From NCBI GenBank assembly GCA_002104945.1, contig MCFH01000002.1, forward strand, positions 558,001-622,000: DNA of 64,000 bases, given 5' to 3'. Both the position numbers and the translations under genes were made by a program. Positions 40,051-57,114 of this stretch are shown piece by piece. The DNA comes from Piromyces finnis finn. Its lineage: Eukaryota > Fungi > Neocallimastigomycota. Each line of letters begins with the position of its first letter. Position 1 is the first letter of the stretch. The notes below the pieces were generated by a model that saw only the letters and a list, made by a program, of their open reading frames with translations, did no database searches and had not been told where the DNA came from.

Positions 40051-42426
40051 ATAATTTTAATGTATATAAAAAAAAAAACATTTAAACACTTTTCTTATAG
40101 AGAAAAAAAAAGCTTTTAATAATAAAAATTCAATGGAAATGGGAATTATACATTATTGAGTATGTCAAATTAAACTCTGGATACTTTTAAAGGATCTTCA
40201 TTTAATATATAGAATTATATTATACCTATAGTATATTAATTTATATAAAGAAAACTAATTTTTTTTATGGATTCTATAGAACTATTTCATATTAATTCAT
40301 ATATAATATAATAATTTATTTTATTATTGATTTTTTTTTTTTTTTTATTTAGTTAAAAGGTATAAATTTAATAAAGTGTAATAAAGCATAATCTTTTTTT
40401 TTATTAATTAATAATAATTTTGGGTAATAATAATAATGATAGAAAAGTTTCGATTGGTAGTAAATAGCTATTGGATTATCAACTCAATTCAACAATTGTA
40501 CTAATTGTTTAATAAAATAAGAATTTAGATTTATAAAAAGTTCATTGCTTTATCTATTTTTTATTTATTATCCCAATTTTCTTAATTAAAAAAAAAGATC
40601 AGTAATATGTTAACAAGTTTACAATTTTATTTTATTAGTACAGATTTAGTTAAATTAATTTTTGCTTTTATTAGATGAATTTTATCACATTTTTTTATTT
40701 ATGATAACATATCATAAAATCATACAAAAAGCTTTAGTAAAAAACTAGTAATAATCCTACAACTATACTGTACTAATTTGACCATGGTGTAAATTCTTGA
40801 CAATAAAATAATACAACAACAATAAAGCAATGATAATAATAAAAATAATGATCAAGATAATAGTATCTACCTTTATTTCAAAATAAATTCTACTTAAATA
40901 AATACTTTATATCAATTTGGTTTAATGAAAAAAATATATATATTTTATGATAAATTTTATTATATAAACCTTATTAAATATATAAATTAAAATTAAAAAT
41001 AAATATTAATATCAAATTAAAAGCATTATTATCAAAAATCATTTAAAAATGGAAAACATAAAGAAAATATTATTAAATAAAAATCAACATATTTTTAATG
41101 ATAATAAAAAAGAAGAAGAAGAAAAAAAAAAAAAAAACGAAGAATATATAAAAGAAAAATAGATCAACATTACAATAGTTCATTTTATAATATATATATA
41201 TGTAAAACATAGTTCTATGTGTACTATGTGTATATGTAGTATTTCTCATAAAATATTAAACAATAATATTCTAAAGGTATCTTTTTCCCTGAATAAATAG
41301 TTACACAAGATTATCATTCTGTATAAAAATAGGATATAACAATTATTTTATATGAATTAATAAATATATAATAATTATTTTATTTATTAATTTTATTTTT
41401 TTTTTATGAATACTTTTTCTTTTTCAGTAGTAGTCATCATAAGTAATTAATATTCTTTTTTCTTTTCTTTTCTTTAATAAAATGTTCTTTTTTTGATGAC
41501 TACATTTTTTCTGAGATAACAACAATTTAATTCCAAATTCTTTTCCTATTATTTTAACATTGGAAAAGGAATAATGAATGTAAATTTTTTAATTTATATT
41601 CATTTATAAATTTTTATATTTTTAAATGCCTTTCCTCTCTTTGTAAACTTTAATTTCTAATTCTATGCATATTTAAAAAGAAGCTTTTTTTTTTTTCTGT
41701 ACGTTCTCAATGAATACTAAAAAAAAATTATAATAAATTCTTAATAATAAAGCTTATTTTAAAATGTTTAAAATACTTTTTTTTTTTTCTTTTTTTTTTT
41801 ATTTTCAATATATAAAATGACGGCCAATTTTTTATTTTTTAGGTTTGTTTGTAGGTTTCATTTGTTTTAATTACTCATTAAATTAAAATGTATTTTATTA
41901 ATATTATTTTTAGGATGATCACATTACTAATTTTCTATTTTTTATTATTCATTAAGATTAATATTAAAATTTTGGTACAAATAATTTTTTTTTTGTTTCA
42001 TTTAATTTATCACTTTTTTTTTTATTGTTTTGGTATGATTAAACTTTAATAAATATAAATTTTTATATAGTATCATAATAAATTAAATAATTAATATAAA
42101 AATTGAAAAAAATGAAAATAATATAAATTCAAGGGTAAAAAACCACTTTTGTGAATTTTAAATTTTTTTTTTCTTCTTCAAAAATATATATAGCTTTTTG
42201 AAATAAGATATTAATTAGTTATTTATATAAAAAAAGAGTATTAGAAATTATTTGAAAATAATTTAAAAGTATAAATAAATAAATAATAAAAGTTGTTTTA
42301 ATATCTTATTATAACAAATAGGCAAGCAAACAAAAACTAATAAGTAAAAAAAAAAGTTTATTCAATTTAATATTTTATTATAACGAACAAACAAAAAAAA
42401 TATCATTCCATAAAAAAAAAAAAAAA

Positions 42427-43698
42427 ATGCGTTTAATAAACTTTTTTGTTATTTCTATTATCGGCTTATTCCAAATAGTCATATCAGCATCTAATGGTTA
42501 CACCAAAGAAGTTTTGACTGTAAATGTAACTGATAATAAAAATAAGTTATATACCGTTGAAGGAAGTACTTGTAATATTGAAATGCAATACTTTGATGCT
42601 TCAGCTAACAGTGAATATTTTAAAGGTAATACTGCTAAGGGAAGTTCCACTGTCATTAAAAGATTTAAGGATGGCCGTATAGAATCAAGAGCTAGATATA
42701 TTCTTAAGGGTACTGATTCTAGTAATAATAGTTGTACCATATTTATTGAAGATAATATGATAGGATATGATGATAATAATCGTCCAATTACTAAACCAAC
42801 TATCATTACTAGTAACAATAAATTATCTTGGCTTCAAACTGCTGACTTACAAGGTATTGTTGAAGATAAGGGAAATGGTAGTAAAATTATTCATATTATG
42901 TGGAATGAAAGTAATAAATCAAAGATTCCATATCCAACAGTTCAAGTTCCAGATCAAAGTAGAAATTATAACAAGGAATTATTTACTTTTGATATTAGCG
43001 TTGGTGGTGATGGTTTCGAAAGTGTTCCTGGTGCAGATCAAGCTTTAGGTATGTTTATTGGTTTTTCTTGTTCTTCAAACACTAAAACTTTTAAAGGAAA
43101 AGGTTTAGACAATTTTGTTGATACTAGAATGCAATTCAAAAATCAAGCTCAAACTTTATCTGCTCGTTACATTATTGAAGGAACAGATGATGATGGTCGT
43201 AAATGTAAGGTATACATTGAAAATAATGGTATTGATGTTAATGGTATTAACACTGAACCATTCATTGTTACTGATAATCCAAAATGGGCTTGGATTGAGA
43301 GAGCTCCACTTCACGGTGATTCTACTATGACAAATGGTTTCCAAATCCATTTATACACTGTTAATGATCCAAGTTTATGGGAAAATCCACAAATTAATGA
43401 TCCAATTCCAGAAACACCAATCAATAATCAATGTTCTTCAAAAATTACTGCTCAAGGTTATTCATGTTGTTCCTCTTCAAATTGTTCCATTATTTACACT
43501 GATGAAGATGGTACCTGGGGTGTTGAAAATGGTCAATGGTGTGGATGTGGTAATGAACCAGTTCATACTTGTTCTTCCAATTTTACTTCTCAAGGTTATT
43601 CATGTTGTTCTAAATGTTCCAAGGTCTACTATGTTGATAATGATGGAAATTGGGGTATTGAAAATGGAGAATGGTGTGGAATGCCATCTAACTGTTAA
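42427..43698 (+). CDS. Secreted protein with two tandem DUF3237-like domains and two C-terminal fungal dockerin (CBM10-type) domains
   Basis: Signal peptide. Repeats ARYILKGTDSSNNSCTIFIEDN...TKPTIITSNNKLSWL and ARYIIEGTDDDGRKCKVYIENN...TEPFIVTDNPKWAWI. Dockerins GYSCCSSSNCSIIYTDEDGTWGVENGQWCG and GYSCCSKCSKVYYVDNDGNWGIENGEWCG. The dockerin call is firm; the DUF3237 call is from memory of the family. Confidence 0.8.
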   Translation: MRLINFFVISIIGLFQIVISASNGYTKEVLTVNVTDNKNKLYTVEGSTCNIEMQYFDASANSEYFKGNTAKGSSTVIKRFKDGRIESRARYILKGTDSSNNSCTIFIEDNMIGYDDNNRPITKPTIITSNNKLSWLQTADLQGIVEDKGNGSKIIHIMWNESNKSKIPYPTVQVPDQSRNYNKELFTFDISVGGDGFESVPGADQALGMFIGFSCSSNTKTFKGKGLDNFVDTRMQFKNQAQTLSARYIIEGTDDDGRKCKVYIENNGIDVNGINTEPFIVTDNPKWAWIERAPLHGDSTMTNGFQIHLYTVNDPSLWENPQINDPIPETPINNQCSSKITAQGYSCCSSSNCSIIYTDEDGTWGVENGQWCGCGNEPVHTCSSNFTSQGYSCCSKCSKVYYVDNDGNWGIENGEWCGMPSNC

Positions 43699-43956
43699 AT
43701 GAATTGCTAATTAAAAAAAAAAAAAAAAAAGAATCTATATGTTTTTTTTTTCTCCACACACACTATCTATTTTTTTATTTCATTAATAAATAAAAAGAAA
43801 TAATATTAATATATATAAAAATAAAAAATTAAAATAATGTATATATATATTTTAAGTAACATTTATATATTAAATAGTAATAAATGTTTTTTTTTTCTTT
43901 TTTTTTTTTAAATGAAAGAAAATGATAAAATTAAAATTTTCATTTTCATTAAAATA

Positions 43957-43998
<42 letters not shown>

Positions 43999-44592
43999 GT
44001 AGCAATAAAAAAAAAGAATGTATATATTTTAAATTTAATAAATAATTTAAAAAATAAAATTATATTTGATAAAATAAAAATTTCTTTGCCTCTTTATATA
44101 TTTATATTTATTTTCTTTTAATTATTTTTATTTTTATAATAAGATATATATATATAATATTTTTTTTTAATTGATAATAAAAAATAGTTTATAGAATTGG
44201 ATAAAGATAGAATAGAATAGTTGCATTATTTTTAATAATAAGAATAAAAGAATAATTATAATAATGAATAAAAATATTGAATATTATTAATATATGTATT
44301 TTATTTTTTTATTTTTTTTTTTTTTATTATTATTTTTTTATTTTTCTGGAAATAATAATATTCTATAATAATAGGTTTGTAATCCTATATAGAATTAGTT
44401 TGATATCATAGAATATATATAAATAAAATAGGGAATAGGGATAATTTTTATATTATTTATAAATGAATAATAATAGATTATTAAAATAAAATTGTTGAGA
44501 ATAAATTAGTGATTATCTTTTTTTTGTTATTATTGTTATTATTCTATTATTGTTTTTTTTTTAACATTACTGTGGTGTAATGGAAAAACAAT

Positions 44593-44997
44593 TTAATCTA
44601 ATTTAATATTAAATTCCTTAATAACAGCTTCGGAACGTTCTTTTACAAATTCCTTTAAACCCCATAAAATACCATAGCATTGCTTATCAATGGAATCTTT
44701 GTAATCTTCATAGGTGTATGGAGTAACTTCATGTTCAGTTGAAACATAAGGTCTTTCAAATGAATAATCCCAAAGAATTTCAGTATCGAATCTTTCAAGC
44801 ATAGAATCTAAAACTCTATCAAATTCTTTTGAATTATAAACCTAAAAATTTAGATATAGATATAGATATATATATAAAAAGAGGAAATAATATTAATTAT
44901 ATTAATTAATGTAATATATATGGGATTGAAGATATTTAAAGGATAAAAATATATATATATATATTTTTTTTGTATAAACTTTTTTTAATTCTCATTA

Positions 44998-45031
<34 letters not shown>

Positions 45032-46885
45032 TTACTTTCTTAACAATTTCAATTAAAGTCTTTTCAAATCTTTCTTGTAAAACTGGAGATCCAGTAATAA
45101 ACTTTTCAACTAATGTTCTATGTGGAGCACCAATAGGATTATTATTTTCATCAACAAAGTTTCTTCCTGCTAATTCCTTGTAAGATAACTTTGTAAAATC
45201 TTTTCCAACATTATTGTGTGGTGGCATTAAACCAACACCAAAAGTTTCATCATGATCTTGAGTAATAAAGTAGAATTTATATTTTCCTTCAGTTGATTCA
45301 GTTGGATCATCGTACATAACAAAATTACCAGTATAGAACCAATAACCATCCCAATCACCAGTAAGATATTCTAAAGCCATACATTTATGGAAAGTATCAA
45401 CATCAAACCATTCTTTTTCAAATTGAGCAAGAGCTTTTTCATCTGCTGGATTAAGAGTTGATAGTGCTTTACCTAATTCTATTACTCTAGCATTAGTTTC
45501 ACCTTCTTGATAATCAAAGTTACCAAAATTATTAAGATCATTTGGATTATAAGCAAGGTCAGCACCAGTAGTACCATCTAAAACATAACCCATTGGATTT
45601 GGTGCATTAATATTTTCAGTAGCACGATCTCCATAGAATTCAGATTTAATGAAAGAAGGATGAGAGGCTTCTTCTTGTAAAGTATAGAAACCAAAAGGTT
45701 GTTTATTATAATAAACACGAACTTTAACGGAATGAAGAGCAGGTACACCTACAGCAATTAACATAGTACCATATATATCTTGTCTAAGTTGGGATGGATC
45801 TTCACCAGAATTTCTTAATTTAAGAATGGAACGACCATGAATATTAGTATTGCCATTACCTTCTTCTAAAATTAATCTAAGTTGGAATTTACTAATATCA
45901 TAATTTTTAGCTTGGGCTTTAACATTCTATTCGTATGGAATATCATTTCAGTTTGTATTTTTAAATAAAAAAAATTATAAAAAGTCATATATGATAATTA
46001 AATATATATATAAAGGAAAAATAAATATTTTTAAATATTTTTATTTCATTTATTATATTCATTTATTCATATAAAAAATATATAGAGTATATATAAAGTA
46101 GAAAAATAGGTTACATACGGTATATGTTAAAATTTCATCTTTTAAATAAAATGTTATTCTTTCCATGTGTGTAGAATAAGAATCTGGATCGTGTAAAAGT
46201 TCACTGGTTCTACTTCCAAAAAGGTGTATAGTTGGAATGTAAGAACCATCAAATAAATTAGTAATTCCAATACTTCTTTTCCATTGAGAATCTAAATTTT
46301 TAAATTTTTCTAATTCTTTTATTGTATCCTTACGACCAAAAAAATCGTTATATGTTCTTTCAATATCTTTTGAAAGTACTCTACTGAAATTTTCCTTTTC
46401 ACCATCCATTATATAATAATATCTATTTATAATATATAATATATACATAAAACAACAAATATCATTTAATATTTCATTATTGATATAGCATAGGTGATAT
46501 GGATAAGATATAAAATAAAATATTGGTACATTTATCATTTAATATTATAAAATATTATATATTTTTAAAAAAAAAAAGTTTTAAAAAACCAAAATTTAAT
46601 TTATGTATATATATACATTTATATATAAAAACTCTAACAAGAAAAAAAGTATTGTATTAAAAACTTTTTTTTTTTTTTTGACACTTACTCAACATCACTA
46701 TCTTTTATATTTAAGATCTTTGAACTGAAAAAGGGTTCACTTATTTCTTTATTTATAAGAGAATAAATATTTCCATCAACTGAAACTTCCATTTTTGTTC
46801 CAAAACCTATGACGTTAAAAATAACGTCTCTGGCGTTAATGCCTCCAATAAAAAATAAAATCGTCACGATAATAAAATTTAACAT
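44593..46885 (-). CDS. cotH: Secreted CotH-family kinase, paralog A (4 exons, ~546 aa, no anchoring domain)
   Basis: Exons 46885-46689, 46422-46119, 45926-45036, 44841-44593 splice in frame. Motifs [24 protein letters not shown]. Confidence 0.9.
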
Positions 46886-48852
46886 TTTCCTCTTCTTCTA
46901 TTTTAATATAAATATAGATATAGTTATGACTTTTTATATATATATAACTTGTTTTAAAAAATTGAAATAATAATGGTATAAAAAAAATAAAGATTGATAA
47001 TTATGATAAGTTTTAATATATATGAATTGGCATTATTATAATAATTTTTTTTTTCTTAAATGGTATTTTGCCAATTAATTTTTTTTTTTTAATTGCTAAA
47101 AAGTAATTTATATGATATTTATGTAAATAATATAGTTTAGTTTATTTCGTTGTATTGTATTGTATTATTTCAACAACTACAACTAAATATTTTAAAGAGA
47201 AATAAAGTATTCTTTTTTTTTTAAAAAAAAAAAAAAAAGGATAATTAGATATAATTTTAATAATATATATAATATCTATTAAAATTTTATAATAAAAATA
47301 ATATTAATTATTTCATTTAACTATTTAAATTATCAATTATTCAGTAGTACATTTATCAGAAATCCAATCAATCATCTAATAAAATCAAAAGTATTAAATG
47401 ATAATTTAAACCTAAAATTCTAATTTAATTATTCTAAATGCCATTTATAATATTCATTATTTTAAATATTTTAATGTCTTTTCCATACTATAAATTGAAT
47501 TTATATAGATTATTATGAATTCATTTTATATATAAATATAAAAAAAAAACCTTTATCTTAATAATAAAAATAGAAAACTTTATAAAAGTAATAACAATAA
47601 ACAACAACAACAACAAACTATAATGTTTAATATATATGGTAAAAAAAAAAAAAAAAAAAAAAAAAACAATAACAATAACAAATATGGAAAATAGATTAAA
47701 AGCATGTTAAAAATTAATTTATATTTTATTAATAATTTTTAGAATAAAATGTAAAAACTTTTATTAATATATGAATTAAATTTATTGTAATTTAAAATGT
47801 TTTATAAAAATTTAATTTTCTTGTATTGCCGTATATTATTTGAAAAAAAAAAAAAAAAAAGGCTTTAAATATTATTTAGTAATAAAGTATAGTACATACA
47901 TTTTATATTGCTTTAAATCTAAAAGAAAAAAAAAATTGTACCATTATCATCTTTAGGACATCTTTAATAAACCAAATTCAACCTCTTTTTATAATATTTT
48001 TTAAAATATTTTTATTAAATAATCAAAGATATAATAAATAAATAAATAAAAAAAAATGAACACTAAATCATTTCATTCAATTATATTGTATGTATTTATG
48101 TATTATTAATTGTTTATTTTTTTTTTTAATAAATAAATTCTCTATTATTTATCTTATCCTTAGTTAAAAAGTAATGCCAATTTTTCTTTTTTTTTTTTTT
48201 TTTTTTTAAAAAAATAGTTTTATCCAATAAAATTAGTTTTTTTTATTTATTATTAACATTAAAATGACAATTGGGTGGATGATCCTTTTTTTCTTGAAAG
48301 ATTAAAATATAATTTATTGTAGAGTAGAGAAGAGAAAAAAAAAAAAAAAGGTAAATCTTTTGATTATTATACCATTTTATATCAAAAAAAAAAAAAATAT
48401 TAAGTATTTGATATAAAATATTAAAGTATATAGGAATTGAAATTGGGATGAAAGAAATAAACAATTTTATTTTTATTTTTTTGTTTTTATTTTTTATTTT
48501 CTCTTTTTTTCTTTTCTTTTTTACATTATAATAATAATAATAATTATTATCTATTAATTTTATTTTTTCTCTTTTTAATTATGATTGAATTGATGTAATG
48601 ATAATAAAATTATTATTTCTATTTTAATTGATATTATTTCTTTATTTTTATTTGAAAAAAAAATAAAGATATAATATTTAAAAAATAATATTTATAATAA
48701 TGTCATGGCTGTTAAAGCATGCCAATTATATAAATGATAAATATTTAAATTGATAAATTTAAAATAATTTTCTAAAAAAAAAAAATAATAACTTTTTTTT
48801 TAATAAATTAATTTTTCATTTGTACTTTACATATTTTTTTTTATTGATTGAT

Positions 48853-51132
<2,280 letters not shown>

Positions 51133-52790
51133 TTATAATTTTTCTTTTTTTTTGTTTCTATAGTTTACTATTATTATTATTATATATTTCTTTTTTTCAA
51201 TAATTTAATTGTTTCATTTATTTTTATTTATTCTATTCTATCTTTGTTACTTTTGTTGTTTTTCTAATGAATAAATATAATATTCATTAATAACAAATAA
51301 ATAAAAATAAAATTAAATAAATTATATTATTAGATAAATCTATTAAGATAATTTTTTTTTTAAAAAAAGAATTCAAATAATAAAAGAAAAAAAGATTTTA
51401 TTATATAAATTTATTTTAATATATGTTTTAGGGGTACACAAAAATTTTATATTTAAATTTATATTAAACCATTTTTAAAAAATACAATAGATAATAATTA
51501 ATAATAATATTATTATTATTATTGATTATTATAATTTTCAAAATTGATCCAAGATGATTTTAATATTTAGTTTATTATAATAATTTTTTTTTAACAATTT
51601 CCTACTTTTGTATAGAAAAAAATTAAATACATAATGTATTAATTTACCCAATTTATTTTTATTAACTAATAAAGTTTTTTTAATAATTAGTGTTTTTAAA
51701 CAATTAATAATGTAATAGTATGTATATAAAATCAACGAATAAATTGTGATAATAATATATTAGTGTAACATTTAAATAATATAAAATATTTACAAATATT
51801 TACATTATTCTATTTTATTAGTAAATAAACTTTATAAGTAAAATTACTTTAAAAAAAAAACATTTTTTCAATAATTACTTATTTAAATAGTTAAATTAAT
51901 TTATTTTAAAAAAAGTATGACAAAAGTCTTGGTTAGAAAAATAAAACTGAACCTAATACTTTTTTTTTATATCTTTTAAATGAACACTGAAAATAAATAT
52001 TATATAAAGGTAAGCATTTTTCTTATTATAACTTTTTTGTTATATTATTATATATATCATTAAAAACATTTATAAACATTTATAATAATTTTTTTTTTTT
52101 TGCATATTGAAATTTCTTAAAAAAAAAATGAATAACACATTTTAATAGATTTATCTAATAATAAAATTTGTTTATTATATTATTAATGAATATTATATTT
52201 ATTCATTAGAAAAACAACAAAAGTTATCAAGATAGATTTGAATAAATTTCTCAAAAAAATTTTTATTTATAATTTCCCATTTTACTTTCTTGAATATTAG
52301 ATGTATAATCCATGTTTAGACCTTACATACACTAAAATTGATAAATGATTTTATATTCATTTTTACATATAGTTTATTTTTTATTAATTTTTTATATCGT
52401 ATAAATTTTAAAATAAAAAATGATATTATATTAATTTATATATTTATAAATTCTTTTTTTTAGGAAAACAAAAAAAAATAAATACATAAAATTAATAGTT
52501 ATTTTGTTACATAAAACAAAATTATTACATAATAGTTATTATTTACAGCTGAACCTTACATTTTCTTTTTTTTTTAAATAAAAAAACTACTTAATGCTAC
52601 GGTAATAAAATATAAATATGCTTTTTATAAATAAATATGAATAAAAAAATAAAATTTTATAATTCTTTTGGATAGTTTTAATCATTAACTTTTCTAATTG
52701 AGGGTTTGAAAAAAGAAAATATAATAAATGTCAAATAAAAAAAGTATGGTTCTGCTTTTGATTTCTTATAATATAATGGGATTAAAATGT

Positions 52791-54300
52791 TTATAAGGTA
52801 AAACCAAATTCAGCAGCCACAGCTTCAGCACGTTCTTCAACAAATTGTGGTAAACCCCATAAAATACCTTCTAATTGACCTTGTAAATTAGCCTTGAAAC
52901 TGTCATAATTCCAGTTAGTTAATGGCTTCTTGCATACATATGGTTTCTTGAAGGAGTAATCCCAATAGATTTCATCATTATATCTCATAATCATAGAGTT
53001 TAATCTTCTGTTAAATTCTCTTGGATTAAATACCTTTTGAACAATTTCAATTAAAGTATTTTCAAATCTTTGTTGTAAAGCTGGAGAGCCAGTAATGAAT
53101 TTTTCAACTAAAGTTCTGTGTTCAGCACCATTCTTTTCCTTTGTAAACTTTCTACCAGCTAATTCCTTGTAAGATTGTTTAGTGAATTCATATTCAACAT
53201 TATTATGTGGTGGCATTAAACCAACACCAAAGGTTTCATCATGATCTTGTGATATGAAGTAAAATTTGTATTTACCATCCTTTGATTCATTTGGATCATC
53301 ATACATAGCAAAATTACCGGTGAAGAACCAATAACCATCCCAATCACCAGTAAGATATTCTAATGCCATGGACTTATGGAAAGTAGTAATATCGAACCAG
53401 TCAGTTTCAAATTGAGCAACAGCTGCAGCATCATTTGGATCAAGTTCACTTAAAGCCTTACCTAATTCAATAACCTTTGAGTTAGTTTCACCATTTAATG
53501 GAACAAAGTTACCAAAGTTATCAAGATTATTTGGATTGTAAGCAAGATCAGCACCAGTGGTACCATCTAATGGGTTACCTAATGGGTTTGGAGCATTAAT
53601 AGTTTCGGTATTTGGATCACCATAAAATTCAGCTCTAATAAATGATCTACTATTAGCTTCTTCTTGTAAAGTGTAGAAACCAGCTGGTTTCTTGTTAATG
53701 TATACACGAACTTTAATTGAACGAATAGCTGGAACACCAACAGCAACCATCATATTTTCGTAAATATCTTGTCTAAGTTGGGTTGGATCTTCACCAGCAC
53801 CTCTAAATTTAAATAATGAACGACCGTGAATTGCATTGTTACCAAAATCGACTCTAAATTGGAATCTATCAAATTCATAGTTTTTAGCAGTAGCATCAAC
53901 ATTCTATTATAAAAACGCATTATATTTATATTACAAATTGTTTGCTTTAGTATTTAATTATTTTTATTATTATATGATATTTTTTGAACTTACCTTAACA
54001 ATATAGGTTTCATCCTTTAAATAAAAGTTAATTTGTTCTAAAAATCCTTTACCAGTAGTTGGTTCTTTAAAGAATTTTTTAGCCTTCTCACCAGTAACAT
54101 GAATAGTTGGGATATATGAATCATCAAATAATGAAGTATCACCAATACTTCTAGTCCATTGAGTACTTAATTTTTGGAATTGTTCTAATTTTTGAACTGT
54201 ATGTTCACGACCAAAGAAATCATTAAAAGTTTTACTGACATTTGGTTCAAGAACTCTTCTAAAATTTTCGGATTCACCATCCATAATATAGTAATATCTG

Positions 54301-54331
<31 letters not shown>

Positions 54332-54633
54332 GTTTTAATTATAATTAATACTCTACTATTTTATCACTTTTTTCATTTTATACTTTTTTAAAAAAAAATA
54401 AATAAATATTGAAATAAAAATAAAATTAATACATACTCAACTGCAGTTTCAGCAACGTTTAATAATTTTCCTTTAAACATTGGTTGATTAGAGTCCTTAT
54501 TAACAAGATTATAAACTTGTCCATCAACTGAAACTTGCATATTTGAACCAAAACCTAATACTTTGAAAATGACATCTCTTGCGTTAGCAACACTAACGAA
54601 GAGTAACACTGCTATAATATAAAGTTTCAACAT
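52791..54633 (-). CDS. cotH: Secreted CotH-family kinase, paralog C (3 exons, ~537 aa)
   Basis: Exons 54633-54437, 54297-53994, 53903-52791 splice in frame; same motifs as paralogs A and B. Confidence 0.9.
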
Positions 54634-55861
54634 TTTTTTTTTCTTTATTTAACTTCTTTTATCTTTTTCAATAAATAAAATTGTTATCGGTTTTAAAAAA
54701 GTATTTTTAAAGTTTTAGCTTCTTTAATTGTCTTGTTCTCTTATTCTATATTCTATTATGTATATTTTGTTTTTATTTATTGTATGTTTTTTCTTGATTT
54801 GTTTTTAAAAAGTTGAATAAATAAAAATAAAATAGTATAATTAATTACAAAAGAATTTTTAAAGTATTATAATACAAGAAAAAGTATATAAATAATAATA
54901 ATTTAAAATCAAAATAAATATATATTTAGTTTATTTTATTTTTTATAATAAAATATAATTTACAGATTAGATGATAAATAATTATTAAAAATATATATAT
55001 AAAGAGAACTTGAAAGATAATAAAAAAAAAAAAAAAAAAGAATTTATTGAATTTATTATAATTATATAAATAATGTAAATAATGGTTGTTAATTATATTA
55101 ATTAATTTAAATCAATATTTTATTTATTTTCTAATAATATAAATTTTAATATTAATAATAAATAGAAAAATAGTTAATTTAAATTAAAACAAATATTTAA
55201 ATAGGTATAAAATTAATGGTGGTAGAATTTAGCTATCAACTATGATTTCAATGCTAAAAAATTTATAAATATGTCAAGAAATTTAATAATATAGAACAAA
55301 TATATCAAGATAAATGATGATATATTAAAATTATATCAATTTAATATATTACAATATATTTATAAATTAAAAGTTAATTAATATATAATATTCTAATATA
55401 AAAAGATTTTTTCTTAAATAATCAATTGAATGGATGTTTTAATAATTAAATAATAACTATTTATTTATTGAATTATTCATTATTATATTGATTTTATTTA
55501 AATTCAATATATTAAATATATATTAATATTATAATTGATTATAAACTTATTTTGAACTAAATTTATTGCTTATATCATCATTTATTGAGTAATTTTTATT
55601 AATATATAACGCCATTTATTTCATTGGACAATAATGATTTTTCTATTGAAATATGCGGTAGAAATTGATACTTTTTCTTTTAAACATATGAAATAGGAAT
55701 ATTATTTCATTTCCATTTAAAGAATTATATGTTTTTTTAATAATCTTAAAAACTTTAAAAAAAAAGATTTTATGTATTCATAAACTTTAAATAATAATAA
55801 AATTAAAAATATACCACACCATAATAATGAAAAAAAAAAGTTTAAAAAAACGGTAAAATTT

Positions 55862-56005
<144 letters not shown>

Positions 56006-57114
56006 AATTTATTATTTTAAATCCACCAAGAAAAAATTTTCATTTTATGAGCTTTGAAACTTCAAATGAATAGGTGTCATTCAACAATATTTTTATAGAA
56101 AAAAAAAAATAAGAATTAAAGACCGTATTAATAATTATCAACTATCCAAGTATACTTGTACTTACAAAAAAAAATAATAATATTTAAATACTATTTGATT
56201 TTGATTTTCATCCACTATAATAATTTTTTTTTCTTTTTTATAATTGAAATAAATTCATTAAAATAGAAAAAAAGATTTTATTGAATTATTTTAAGAAGTT
56301 TGATTGAAAAAAAATTTTTTTTTTTAATTTACATAACTTATTAATAGAATATATTGTACAATGTCAATGGAATGTACATGAATTAAGGATAATATAGAAG
56401 GTATCAATATTTCTCTAAAAATCATGAAGATTATTTTAATAGATGGTTCTCAGACATTAAATATAGTACATCCTTGAATTTGATAAAAATTATAATTAAT
56501 AGCAATGAATATTATTAATTATTTTAATAATAAATCTATGAGTTAAATTTTATTTTTTAATATTTTAATATTTTTTCATCTGTGAAGAAAATTTCTTTTT
56601 TTTTTAAAATGATAGACGTTAAATATTTATTTTTTTTTTAATTTTTTTTTTTATTGTTCTTTAGTTTGGCTTGATTTAGATTTTTTTTTTTTTAATCCTT
56701 ATTAGATATTACATTTATAATATTTAATTTAATTTACAATTGTTATATAAAATTATAAGATGAAAATAACCTATTATTTTTAGAAAAAAAAAAAAAACTA
56801 GCTTAATTAAATGATAAAAATGATTATACTTTAAAAAATAATTTGGATTGAAATTATCTAAATATTAATATATATATATATAAGGTAAGGTATTTTTTAA
56901 ACATAAAAAGTGGAAATGAAAATGAAAAAAAAATGATGATAAAATATCTTTTATAAAAATAAAGTGTTGTTGTTATGCTTATTATGTGCTTATGTTGTGG
57001 TATTCATCTATTTATCTACTATTATTTTATTATCATTATTATTATTTTATTTTTTGTGAATAAAATACTATCGATAAATAAAAGGATTAAAATGGAATGA
57101 CATAAAAATAAAAA

